Shown: positions 48,934 to 58,087 of the stretch, in pieces
Position numbering within the stretch: the first letter of the stretch is position 1
Layout: every line of letters starts with the position of its first letter
Notes under the pieces: model-generated
What the model was told of the DNA's origin: nothing
The model's database searches: none
Seen by the model: only the letters and a program-made list of their open reading frames with translations
Translations under genes and position numbers: made by a program
Assembly (NCBI GenBank): GCA_038871515.1
Contig: JAVZHX010000001.1
Span: 288,001 to 352,000, forward strand
Direction: 5' to 3'
Source of the DNA: Candidatus Micrarchaeia archaeon
GTDB taxonomy: Archaea; Micrarchaeota; Micrarchaeia; Burarchaeales; Fermentimicrarchaeaceae
DNA length: 64,000 nt

Positions 48934-50463
48934 TTGAAGAGGTGGAAAGTGAGCGAAAGTTACTTCAGATACGAAAGAATCGCGCCCAGGGAGTACCAGC
49001 GCAGGATAGCGGAAAACGTGCTTGCAAAAGGGAATTCGTTAGTGATACTCCCAACTGGGCTTGGGAAAACTGCAATTGCGCTTCTTGTTGCAGATAGATA
49101 TTTGCAGGAAGGGAAAAGAGTGCTCTTCCTTGCGCCAACAAAACCACTCTGCGAGCAGCACAGGAAGAGCTTTGAGGAGCTGATGAAGCTTGAGAGTGGG
49201 GATGTGGTTCTTATAACAGGAGAGCTGAACGCCGAAAAACGCAGAGGGATGTGGGAGGCTGGAAAGGTGGTTGTTGCAACTCCGCAGTGCGTGAAAAATG
49301 ATTTGAAGAAAGGGAGAATGAAGCTGAATTTTGGGTTGGTGGTGCTTGACGAGGTGCACAGAGCTGTTGGCAACTATGCGTATACATTTGTTGCTGAGGA
49401 GTGCAGAAAGGAAGGGTTGCACCTGCTTGGTTTAACTGCTTCTCCGGGAAGCTCAAAGGAGAAAATTGAAACGATGAGCCAGCTGCTTGGGGTGAAAAAC
49501 ATAGAGATAAGAGATGAAATGGATGAGGATGTAAGGAAATACGTTCAACCAATTGAAATAAAATGGGAAACTGTTGAACTGCCAGCCGAGATGGATGAGA
49601 TAAGGAAGTTGCTTGAAGCAATAATAGAGGAGAGGATGGAAGTTCTGAGGAAGTTTGAGTGGATAAGGGCGAAGAGCTTTCGCTCATTAAGCAAAAAAGT
49701 TTTACTACAGGTGAGGGAGAGAATTGAGAGGAGCACTGGTGGAGTTAGGTATATGGGGTTGTCGCAGCACGCAGCGCTTATGAATTTACTGCATGCGCAT
49801 GAGCTGCTTGAAACGCAGGGCGCATCTGCTTTTATAGAGTTTTTCAATAGAATGGAGAGTAAGGAGAAGAAAAGCAAAGCGGTGGTGAGAATACTGAAGG
49901 ATGAGAGAATTAAGCTTGCTTTGAAAAAGGCGTCAGAGCTGAAGTTTGACCATCCCAAGCTTGAAAAGCTTTGCCAGCTGATAGGAGAAAGAAAAGATAG
50001 AATGTATATTGTTTTCGTTCAGTACAGGGATCAGATTAGAAAGGTTGTTGAAGAATTGAATAAAATTTCTGGCGTTAAAGCTGAGAGGTTTGTTGGGAAG
50101 AGGGAGGGAGTTACCCAGGAGGAGCAGAAGCGCACAATTGAGAGATTTAGAAACAGGGAGTTCAATGTCCTGGTTGCAAGCTCGATAGGAGAGGAAGGTT
50201 TGGATATACCTGCTGTTGACACCGTTGTTTTTTACGAGCCAATCCCCAGCGAGATAAGGAATATACAGAGAAGGGGAAGAACTGCAAGGACAAGAGCTGG
50301 AGAAGTTGTAATATTGATAACAAAAGGGACGAGAGATGAGGCTTATTACTGGGTTTCAAGGAGCAGAGAGAGGAAAATGAGGAGAATTGTGAAGGGGATG
50401 CAGAGCATGCTTGGTAGAGTTAAAGTGAGGAGCAGTCAGAGCAAACTCACTGACTTCAGCTAG
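48934..50463 (+). CDS. Hef/FANCM-like SF2 helicase lacking nuclease domain, with C-terminal PIP box
   Basis: PREYQ, PTGLGKT, DEVHRA.GNYAY, TASPG, QRRGRTAR; ends QSKLTDFS. Confidence 0.9.
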   Translation: MKRWKVSESYFRYERIAPREYQRRIAENVLAKGNSLVILPTGLGKTAIALLVADRYLQEGKRVLFLAPTKPLCEQHRKSFEELMKLESGDVVLITGELNAEKRRGMWEAGKVVVATPQCVKNDLKKGRMKLNFGLVVLDEVHRAVGNYAYTFVAEECRKEGLHLLGLTASPGSSKEKIETMSQLLGVKNIEIRDEMDEDVRKYVQPIEIKWETVELPAEMDEIRKLLEAIIEERMEVLRKFEWIRAKSFRSLSKKVLLQVRERIERSTGGVRYMGLSQHAALMNLLHAHELLETQGASAFIEFFNRMESKEKKSKAVVRILKDERIKLALKKASELKFDHPKLEKLCQLIGERKDRMYIVFVQYRDQIRKVVEELNKISGVKAERFVGKREGVTQEEQKRTIERFRNREFNVLVASSIGEEGLDIPAVDTVVFYEPIPSEIRNIQRRGRTARTRAGEVVILITKGTRDEAYYWVSRSRERKMRRIVKGMQSMLGRVKVRSSQSKLTDFS

Positions 50464-50732
50464 AAAACCGGCACTCCAAAAAATTTTAGAATGAGCATTG
50501 TTGCAAGAGCGGGCAAGCCAAGCAGTGCAACTGGCACGATGTGCGGCCAGAGAGGTATGTTTATCCCTATAAGTTTAAGGAGGAAGAATAGAACAACTCC
50601 AACAAGAGAGTTTAAGATGATTGTTACCAGCCATTTCACCGCAATTCTCGCCAGCCTGAAAAACAATGCTATGCCAAAAATTATGAAGAAGAGTATTATG
50701 AATAAAACTGATGCAAGGATAAAATCTGGCAT
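50460..50732 (-). CDS. BofA-like small membrane protein
   Basis: Three TM segments, NSLVG, INIP, LGLP pattern. Confidence 0.7.
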   Translation of the reverse strand: MPDFILASVLFIILFFIIFGIALFFRLARIAVKWLVTIILNSLVGVVLFFLLKLIGINIPLWPHIVPVALLGLPALATMLILKFFGVPVF

Positions 50733-50803
50733 AAAATCACCTAAGTTTTATCTGCTGGCGAGTTTAAAAAGTTATTTAAACTTCCTAATTCATAATGTTA
50801 AGC

Positions 50804-51043
50804 GAGTGATGAGCCGACAGCTTTCCCGCAAGGGAGGAAGTTCCACCCATCGCGAAAGCTTGGGAACCTAAGGTTCGGACGGGAACAGAAACAAGACTGG
50901 CTGATTCAAATGAGAATGAAGCAATGAGATGAATCAGGACAGGTGAAAAGCGCCCGTTGCAAAAGCGAGATGTGCGATGCAAGGCTTTGAGCCGCTTAGT
51001 CAAATGCTGTCTAAAACAAAAGGTGGGCTATGGCTCGTCACTC
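50804..51043 (+). ncRNA. rnpB: RNase P RNA
   Basis: P1 GAGTGATGAGCC/GGCTCGTCACTC, CR-I GAGGAAGTTCCACCC, CR-V AACAAAAGGTGGGCTA, CR-II ACAGAAA, CR-III GTGAAA. Confidence 0.9.
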
Positions 51044-51187
51044 ACTTCGGTTTAAGTTTACTTTAATTTATAACTCAATAATCGTTTCTTTTTTTCCTTA
51101 TTCAAGGTAGCAAACATTTTAACCAAATGAATACCATAACTTTTCCTCTACGTATCATATTTGTGCGTGATTTGTGAGCAACTCCAA

Positions 51188-51598
51188 CTACTTCCGCGAG
51201 AGCGCCTTGTGAAAAAGATCTTCCGCATACTCCAGCGCATGCTCAAGCTCCTTTTCATCAAAAGAGCCGTAGCGGTAGCCAGCTTGGTGCAGCTTGGCGG
51301 CGCAGGCAAGGTATTCATTATATTCCGCTTCGGAGAGAATCTTCTTTCTGAGGAGGTTATCCCTCACGAGGAACTGCAACGCGAGCCTGCCGCTGAACTC
51401 CCTCTCCTTGCCGGGGTAAGTTATCTTTTTTATTCCTTCCTCGTAAAGCATTGCCTCCAGCGAGTTCTCTATTGCGCGGAATATCTCCTCTGCCGCAACG
51501 AACAGCCTGTCCTCCTCCAGATTCTTCTTGGCGGAGAGCAGGTATTCCTCAGCCTTCTCAAGCGCCCATCTGACCAAATCTTCTCGGCTTTCTGCCAT
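51188..51598 (-). CDS. HEPN-domain protein (putative toxin)
   Basis: KAEEYLLSAKKNL..AAEEIFRAIENSLEAML helical pattern; overlaps the MNT gene. Confidence 0.78.
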   Translation of the reverse strand: MAESREDLVRWALEKAEEYLLSAKKNLEEDRLFVAAEEIFRAIENSLEAMLYEEGIKKITYPGKEREFSGRLALQFLVRDNLLRKKILSEAEYNEYLACAAKLHQAGYRYGSFDEKELEHALEYAEDLFHKALSRK

Positions 51599-52196
51599 AA
51601 AGCTCAACTCCTTCAGTTTGAACAGTTGTTATGAAACCATCCTTCCGCTCAAGCGCATTAACATACTCCTTTCTTGTCATTACTAGCGGGTAGCAGATGA
51701 AACCATAAGCAAGGCTGATTTCATTATTTATGTAGTCAATCAAACTGTTGAAAAGCCTCTCCTTCTCCTCATCATTCCTTAGTATGAAGACCATGTCTAT
51801 ATCGCTCGGCGAATGCGCTATGTCGCTCCTTGCTTTTCCCTTTGCTACGCTCCCTATAAGGATGACTGCTTCAAGGCTTTTTGAGTGCGAGGCTGCAAAT
51901 GCTGTTATTCTCTTTGCAGCTTCAAGGTAGACTTTTCCCAAATCCTTGAATAACCGCTCCAACGAGCGGAAGAGGAAATGCTTTCGGTTTATGGAGTAAA
52001 CTTTTGTCTTGCCAACCCTCTCAAGGTGCACCAGCCCGCTTCCAACAAGCTCCGGCATCTGGCGGTTTATCTCAGAGATGGCGGCTCCGGCATTTCTGGC
52101 TAGCTCCTTCTCAATGTAACGCTTGTCTGGAGAGTTTACGAGAAGGTTCAGGACGCTTACCTTCGTGCTTGTGCCGAGGATTTTTTCAAGGTACAT
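51558..52196 (-). CDS. wHTH plus minimal nucleotidyltransferase (MNT, putative antitoxin)
   Basis: Start MYLEKILG; N-terminal wHTH; LIGSVAKG...SDID. Confidence 0.82.
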   Translation of the reverse strand: MYLEKILGTSTKVSVLNLLVNSPDKRYIEKELARNAGAAISEINRQMPELVGSGLVHLERVGKTKVYSINRKHFLFRSLERLFKDLGKVYLEAAKRITAFAASHSKSLEAVILIGSVAKGKARSDIAHSPSDIDMVFILRNDEEKERLFNSLIDYINNEISLAYGFICYPLVMTRKEYVNALERKDGFITTVQTEGVELYGRKPRRFGQMGA

Positions 52197-52204
52197 CACA
52201 TCAC

Positions 52205-52240
52205 TTTCGGTTTTCAGAATTATATTTCGGAAATAAGAAA
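52205..52240. promoter_or_regulatory. Tandem operator-like motifs upstream of wHTH-MNT
   Basis: TTTCGGTTTTCAGAAT and TTTCGGAAATAAGAAA, 20 bp apart. Confidence 0.45.
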
Positions 52241-52373
52241 TATAAGCGTTTTGGTAGGTGATGTAAGTAGAAGGTCTCACTCGCATGTTGCACTGGTGAT
52301 TAACTCTGGAACATGATCGTCTTTTCTCCCCTCACTCTTTTAAATTTTCTACTTCACAACTAATATGCCAAGG

Positions 52374-52492
52374 GCCAAGGTAGCTCAGCCTGGTTAGAGC
52401 ACCAGACTCATAAGCTCAGCTTAATGAGTGATGAGCGAAAAGCGATGATGTGGGCAATCTGGGTGTCGCGAGTTCAAATCTCGCCCTTGGCA
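52374..52492 (+). tRNA. tRNA-Met(CAT), elongator type, with 44-nt intron at 37/38 (52413-52456)
   Basis: GCCAAGG/CCTTGGC acceptor, CCAGA-CTCATA|A-TCTGG; CTCA/TGGG central helix with TAA and CAA bulges. Confidence 0.88.
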
Positions 52493-53710
52493 CTATTTCT
52501 TCTTGGAATGTGACTCCAGCCACTCGTTGAACTCCTTCTCCAAATCCTCTGTCATGGGTGGAATTGAAGGAGGCGGGGAGGGAGGAGCTTGCGGAGTTGT
52601 TTTGGTTGGTTTTACCTCTTTCACCCTTGACAGAAGCAGCGCAGCAACAGCCGCAATAATAATGATGATTATGAGAAATGCCCCTCCAATAATCAATAAG
52701 GTATAATCAGGTGGCTGCTCTTCCTCCTTACTTGTATTCTGAACTGCTGGTGGGATAACGGTTTGGTTTGTTTTATTTTCAATGCACTTTCCTATTGATT
52801 TCACTGAAAGCAGAATTGACTCGTTTGCAGAAGACAATTTTGAGAAAGCCAAAGCATAATTATCAACCGAAACTGCCTCCTCAGCATCCTTCAAAGAGGA
52901 ATTTGCGCTTCGCAGAGCTGCTTCAGAAAGGGTTACGTTCGCACCGCACTTTTTACCTTGCAGAACAACCTCTGCAACTGAGGCAACTCTTGCTTTTGTG
53001 CTGTTTATAAGTGAAACTGCATCCGTGCAGTTCTTTTTAAGCTGCATAAAAGATGCGTTTGCCTGCTGAAGAAGAGTTGATGCGTTGAGCACATAATTCC
53101 ACGCAGAAGTAAGGCTGCATACCCTGAGGGAAGTGTTCGCATTATACAGATTGTAGAGGGAATGCTGGAGGAACTGCAGACTTCGGTTCATACCGCAACA
53201 CAAGTTATTATAACATCTGCTCCCAAGCTCAACGTTGAACTTCTCCATAGCAAACTCAACTTCCTTCATCCTTGAAACAATATTCTCCTCATACGGCGAT
53301 GTATGGTAGTCAAGCGTAACCTCAACCATCCTCATATACTCCTCAAACCCATCACTTCCAATCGCTTTAACCCATGTCTTTGCGGTGCCGTTTAAACCGC
53401 CCATCATGGTCGCCAGTGATAGTGAACAGCTTGTATACCCTCTTGGCGGAACAGTGGTTGTCCCACCGCTGCATCTCAGCTTCTCCCCCTTTCTGAAGGA
53501 ACCTGTGCTCAAATCATACCACTCATACGAAAGATAGAGAGTGCGGTAGGATGGGTTTTGGAGGGAGAAGGAAATCTCCATGGTGTTTGGAGTGCCATCC
53601 GCCTTGCAGTTGCACCCTGAGAAGTAAGGAGCGCCAACCAATTCAATTTCAAGCTGTGCCGCAGAGACAACGCTCACCAGAAACAGGAAGGTAAGGAACC
53701 TGCTTCTCAT
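52493..53710 (-). CDS. Secreted, C-terminally membrane-anchored Cys- and sequon-rich surface protein
   Basis: Signal peptide, many N-x-S/T sites, about 11 Cys, late TM helix, Pro-rich tail. Confidence 0.75.
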   Translation of the reverse strand: MRSRFLTFLFLVSVVSAAQLEIELVGAPYFSGCNCKADGTPNTMEISFSLQNPSYRTLYLSYEWYDLSTGSFRKGEKLRCSGGTTTVPPRGYTSCSLSLATMMGGLNGTAKTWVKAIGSDGFEEYMRMVEVTLDYHTSPYEENIVSRMKEVEFAMEKFNVELGSRCYNNLCCGMNRSLQFLQHSLYNLYNANTSLRVCSLTSAWNYVLNASTLLQQANASFMQLKKNCTDAVSLINSTKARVASVAEVVLQGKKCGANVTLSEAALRSANSSLKDAEEAVSVDNYALAFSKLSSANESILLSVKSIGKCIENKTNQTVIPPAVQNTSKEEEQPPDYTLLIIGGAFLIIIIIIAAVAALLLSRVKEVKPTKTTPQAPPSPPPSIPPMTEDLEKEFNEWLESHSKKK

Positions 53711-53773
53711 TTGTTCACCACCTAAATTTCTGGAGAATGAAGTATTTAAGGCTTAGTCATAAAAAATAGAAGT

Positions 53774-54502
53774 ATGATACCTGAGAACCACCCAAGAAGA
53801 AAATCCCTTCTTCTGAGAGAGAAGCTCATAAGGGGTTACAGAGAAGGTATTGTTTGCGAAGCTGGTCTGATTGCCCATGGAAGAGGGGAGGCTTTTGACT
53901 ATCTTCTTGGCGAGAGAACAAGAAAGCCAGCCAGAAAGGCGATAAGGGCAGCTGCAGCCGCACTGCTTCTCGCAAAGCATCCGGTGATTTCTGTTAATGG
54001 AAATGCTGCAGCGCTTGCAGCAGAAGAAATTGCAAAGCTTGCAAAGGAGTTGAACTGCAAAGTTGAAGTGAATTTATTCTACAGAACTCAGAGAAGAGCT
54101 GAAAAAATAGCAAAAAAGCTTAGAAAGGCTGGCGTGAAGGAAGTGCTAGGAGTAAACGATGCAACTGCGAGAATACCTGAGCTTTTCAGCGAAAGAAGAA
54201 AGGTGAGCAGGAAGGGAATTTACAAAGCAGATTGTGTTTTAATTCCACTTGAGGATGGGGATAGGTGTGAGGCGCTTGTGAGGATGGGGAAAAGAACAAT
54301 TGCAGTTGATTTAAACCCACTTTCAAGGACTGCTGTTAAAGCAGATATAACAATAGTTGATGAAGTAACAAGGGCGCTTCCACTTCTGCTTGAAGAAGTG
54401 AAGAAGCTGAAAAAGAAAAGCAAAGGATATCTTGCTTCAATTCTGAAAAAGTATAATAACAAAAAAACTCTTGAGGAGAGCAGAAAACTAATAAATCTTT
54501 GA
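53774..54502 (+). CDS. 4-phosphopantoate--beta-alanine ligase (archaeal phosphopantothenate synthetase)
   Basis: [40 protein letters not shown]. Confidence 0.93.
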   Translation: MIPENHPRRKSLLLREKLIRGYREGIVCEAGLIAHGRGEAFDYLLGERTRKPARKAIRAAAAALLLAKHPVISVNGNAAALAAEEIAKLAKELNCKVEVNLFYRTQRRAEKIAKKLRKAGVKEVLGVNDATARIPELFSERRKVSRKGIYKADCVLIPLEDGDRCEALVRMGKRTIAVDLNPLSRTAVKADITIVDEVTRALPLLLEEVKKLKKKSKGYLASILKKYNNKKTLEESRKLINL

Positions 54503-55780
54503 CTGAAGAGGCTTGCTGTATACAATCTTTCCTCTTGAAACTGTCATAACAGGCATTCCGACAACCTGGAACCCTTCAAAAGGAGTCCACTTGCACTTTG
54601 TGTATAAATCCTTCCCATGTATCTCATACTTCTTTTTCAAATCAACCACAACAATATCCGCATCGCTTCCCTCTGCAAGCACCCCTTTCTGTGGGTATAA
54701 ACCCATTCTTTTTGCTGGGTTGATGCACATAAGTTTTGTAAGCTGATAGAGAGTTATCAACTTTCTTTTAACTGCGGTGAGCATAAGCGGAAGCATTGTT
54801 TCAATCCCAGGCACACCCGCAGGTGCTTCCCAGTAATGTTTTCTTTTCTCCTCCTTTGTATGAGGGGCATGGTCGCTTGCAACAATATTAACAACTCCCC
54901 TTGCTATTCCCTCCCACAAAGCTTCCTGATCTTCTCGGCTTCTCAGAGGGGCATTTACTTTGCCAAAGTTCCCCAGCTCCTTCATATTTTCTTCTGTTAG
55001 GAATAGATGATGGGGCGTCACATCGCACGTCACATCAACCTTCTTCTTCATACTTTTTATAAGTCTTATGGACTCTGCTGTTGAAACGTGAGTTATATGC
55101 AACTTCACACCTGTTTCCTTTGCAAGCTGCAGCGCTGTTGCAACTGCAATTGCTTCCGAAAAAGCTGGCCTTACCTGTGAGTGTATCGCTGGGTCGCTCT
55201 TCTTTTTAAACTTCTCAGCCAGATGAATGTTTATCTCCGCATCCTCAGCATGCGTTATTGCAACCTTCCCTGTTTTTGCTATTTCTTTATACGCTTCGTA
55301 AAGCTCTGCTTTGTCTATCTGAAGCTCCCCAAAGGATTCGCACATGAATATTTCCCCGTATGCGCCAACTGCACCTGCCATCCCTGCAAGCTCGTGAATG
55401 TTTCCCTTTCTAACTCCCCCACATATTCTGAAATCTATCTTGCATTTCTCCTCAGCAATCTTTCTTTTCTCCTCAACTCTCTGAAGAGTTGTTGTTGGTG
55501 GCATGGTGTTTGGCATGTCGAAAACAAGAGTCACTCCTCCGTGAGCAGCTGCTCTGCTTCCGCTCTCCCAATCCTCCTTGTAAGTTGCTCCAGGATCGCG
55601 GAAGTGGGCGTGTATGTCAATTACGCCGGGCAGTATTAACTCATTTTTGAAAGCAACTGTCTTCTCAGCCTCCCCTATACTTCTTCCTATTCTGGCTATT
55701 TTTCCCTCACTTATCCCAATCTCGCACTGCACAACCCTCCTTTTGAGCAGCGCGTTTCCAACAAGCTTCAGCTCATACAT
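54488..55780 (-). CDS. pyrC: Dihydroorotase
   Basis: [33 protein letters not shown]. Confidence 0.88.
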   Translation of the reverse strand: MYELKLVGNALLKRRVVQCEIGISEGKIARIGRSIGEAEKTVAFKNELILPGVIDIHAHFRDPGATYKEDWESGSRAAAHGGVTLVFDMPNTMPPTTTLQRVEEKRKIAEEKCKIDFRICGGVRKGNIHELAGMAGAVGAYGEIFMCESFGELQIDKAELYEAYKEIAKTGKVAITHAEDAEINIHLAEKFKKKSDPAIHSQVRPAFSEAIAVATALQLAKETGVKLHITHVSTAESIRLIKSMKKKVDVTCDVTPHHLFLTEENMKELGNFGKVNAPLRSREDQEALWEGIARGVVNIVASDHAPHTKEEKRKHYWEAPAGVPGIETMLPLMLTAVKRKLITLYQLTKLMCINPAKRMGLYPQKGVLAEGSDADIVVVDLKKKYEIHGKDLYTKCKWTPFEGFQVVGMPVMTVSRGKIVYSKPLQSKIY

Positions 55781-55816
55781 GCAACCACTATTTTATTAAC
55801 TGTTCCATTTAAATTT

Positions 55817-56347
55817 ATGGCTACTCTGACTGAGCTTGGCGTAAGACAGGTTGCTGGCCCTATTACACAGTTCATCGCAAACCAGAAGATTGAGCTTTTC
55901 ACAGTTCTTTCCCTTTACGTTGATTATTATTTGTATTTCATTCTCCCTCTTTCATTAATTTTCTTCTATAAAAAAACAGGCAAAAGAAGAGTATTATCGC
56001 TTGTTGTTGGGCTGTTGCTTGTTTACCTGTCTGTTTCATCAATTAAAAATATCTATAAACAACCAAGACCGTGTGATGTATACACAAAAGTTTGGTGCCC
56101 TTCTGATTACTCCTTCCCAAGCGGGCACTCCGCAGTTGCTTTCGCATTTGTGTTTTTTTCTTTGGGAACAGCTGCTTTTCCATTCTACTATGCCAGTGCA
56201 TTTATTGTTGTTTTAAGCAGAATGTACTTGGGAGTTCATACTTTGAATGATGTTATTGGCGGTGCAGTTGTTGGCATTTTCATGTATCACATTGCTGAGA
56301 AGGTGGTTGAGGCATGCTTGAGATACGCAGGAGAGCTATCCATATAA
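55817..56347 (+). CDS. PAP2-family phosphatase
   Basis: K....RP, SFPSGH, SRMYLGVH...D. Confidence 0.9.
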   Translation: MATLTELGVRQVAGPITQFIANQKIELFTVLSLYVDYYLYFILPLSLIFFYKKTGKRRVLSLVVGLLLVYLSVSSIKNIYKQPRPCDVYTKVWCPSDYSFPSGHSAVAFAFVFFSLGTAAFPFYYASAFIVVLSRMYLGVHTLNDVIGGAVVGIFMYHIAEKVVEACLRYAGELSI

Positions 56348-56886
56348 CGTTTGGCTTGCTCCTCATCGCTGCTCTTCTCCTCCGGGGGGAGGGAAACCGT
56401 GAGTTAATAGAAGGAGTGCTTTTTGCAGTTTTTCTTATTGGGCTTTGGATTATTGATATGAAGCTTAAGAAAAGAAAGCTTCCGGTTGTTGATTATTTGC
56501 TTGAAACATTTGAAAGGCCTCACGCACTGCCTGCATACGGCGCTTTCTGGTATGGAATGGGTGTTTTACTGCTTCTCTCCTTCGTTGGTGATTTAAACTT
56601 TATTTGCGCTTCCATTGCAATTCTTGCATTGGGGGATGGTTTTTCAACTCTTATTGGAAGAATGGGGAACACTAGGTTTTTCTACAATAAAAAGAAAACT
56701 CTTGAGGGAAGCATTGCTTTTTTCATTGTAAGTTCTTTCGCTTCTTATCCATTTATTGGTTTCAGCGGAGTTGTGCTCGCATTCATCTGTTCAGTTGCTG
56801 AAAGTATAGACTGGGGAGTTGATGATAATTTCATAATACCACTTATTTGTGTTGTGTATTATATGAGATTAATGTGGGCAGTTTGA
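56314..56886 (+). CDS. Dolichol/phytol kinase family membrane protein
   Basis: RRAIH, GDGFSTLIG, KKTLEGS, DDN..IP. Confidence 0.87.
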   Translation: MLEIRRRAIHITFGLLLIAALLLRGEGNRELIEGVLFAVFLIGLWIIDMKLKKRKLPVVDYLLETFERPHALPAYGAFWYGMGVLLLLSFVGDLNFICASIAILALGDGFSTLIGRMGNTRFFYNKKKTLEGSIAFFIVSSFASYPFIGFSGVVLAFICSVAESIDWGVDDNFIIPLICVVYYMRLMWAV

Positions 56887-57870
56887 GGAGATTAAGCATG
56901 GACTATCGAAACCAGTTGCCGTTTCAGTTGCTGCGACTAAGTCAAATATAAGGATACTACTAACACCACAAGTGTCGGAGCACCAATGTACAAAAAGATT
57001 TGAGAGTGCACTACCTGATGTATCAGTGAACGTTGGGTTGGGGTCTATGGTATAGTACAAACATTCAGGATCCGCACAGTTATCGCAGTATGAGGGGTTA
57101 TTTCGCAGATAAAGAAAAACGGGGATATTCTTCATTGGAGAGTTAAATTGGTCTTTAACATTAATGTAAATTTTTAGTGGTTTAGTCAAGTTACATTCCC
57201 AGGTAGAACAGGAATCTATGAAGGGATCGGAGCAGTTAACAAGAACGGTTATATACTTCGCTCTTGGTGGTGGGCAGTCCCATCCGCAGTTTGTATAATT
57301 TTCACCAAGAGCAGCATTACACACTCCATCCATGCAGTAGGGAGCAACGCCGGCAGGCATAAGCTCAAGGTTTGTAACCACTTTTCCGTATGATGTTCTA
57401 TTTGTTCCATTTATGCAGAAAAGCGCTCCAACCCCGCAGCTTGTGTAATTTAACATCACGCTGAACTTTGCTGATTTTCCAACAGATGGGACAACCTGCT
57501 TATCCTTAATATCAAATATGCAGAGTATCACATCGCCTGTTTTCACAATATCCGCAGGACCGGTGCAGTTGCCAGTATAGTTATTCACCCCGCTCTTCCC
57601 AACGTTTTCAACTGTTAGAACTTGCCTTTTATCGTAAAACATTATATCTCTCCCAACTCCATTTGTTAACTTCAGCACCACTCTCATCGTCCCATCAGTT
57701 TTTTTGAAAAACTGATAGCTTGTGCAGGGAAACTCCATGCCAAAGTTGCATTCTGTGGGGGTTTGCTGTAAAGTTGAAATGAAATAAAACACAAAAACGA
57801 TAAAAACAATAACTGCAAGAAGCGCCCATCCATAAGAGGTTAGGAACTCTATTCCGGCTTGCGCTTTCAT
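56869..57870 (-). CDS. Class III signal peptide protein with Cys-rich linker and Ig-like C-terminal domain (adhesin-like)
   Basis: MKAQAGIEFLTSYGWAL; CMDGVC..GEN..NC..DC; VKDQFNSPMKNIPV..TDTSGSA. Confidence 0.75.
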   Translation of the reverse strand: MKAQAGIEFLTSYGWALLAVIVFIVFVFYFISTLQQTPTECNFGMEFPCTSYQFFKKTDGTMRVVLKLTNGVGRDIMFYDKRQVLTVENVGKSGVNNYTGNCTGPADIVKTGDVILCIFDIKDKQVVPSVGKSAKFSVMLNYTSCGVGALFCINGTNRTSYGKVVTNLELMPAGVAPYCMDGVCNAALGENYTNCGWDCPPPRAKYITVLVNCSDPFIDSCSTWECNLTKPLKIYINVKDQFNSPMKNIPVFLYLRNNPSYCDNCADPECLYYTIDPNPTFTDTSGSALSNLFVHWCSDTCGVSSILIFDLVAATETATGFDSPCLISSNCPH

Positions 57871-57902
57871 GTTATTGATTAAAGGAGGAGGTATATAAAT
57901 TG

Positions 57903-58079
57903 CTACTGGTTTTTCTCCTTCACAACAACAAGAGGTATAACCCCTTTCTCAAACTCCATATACGCAATCTTTATCGGGTTAGCTTTGCTTTCAACTTCTA
58001 TGAGAGGTGGTGCTCCAGATGCAAGTTGCAAAGCACGCGCTCCAATCAACCTGGCTTTTTCAAAACGTGTCAACTCCAT
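57903..58079 (-). CDS. rpoK: RNA polymerase subunit Rpo6 (RpoK)
   Basis: Manual translation MELTRFEKARLIGARALQLASGAPPLI...EFEKGVIPL. Confidence 0.94.
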   Translation of the reverse strand: MELTRFEKARLIGARALQLASGAPPLIEVESKANPIKIAYMEFEKGVIPLVVVKEKNQ

Positions 58080-58087
58080 CCAACCAC

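Noticed and set aside
51038..52220. Imperfect direct repeat (TCAC-TCAC-TTCGGTTT) at both ends of the HEPN/MNT pair as att sites
   Set aside because: Short and gapped, no integrase nearby, and the second copy is better explained as SD plus operator
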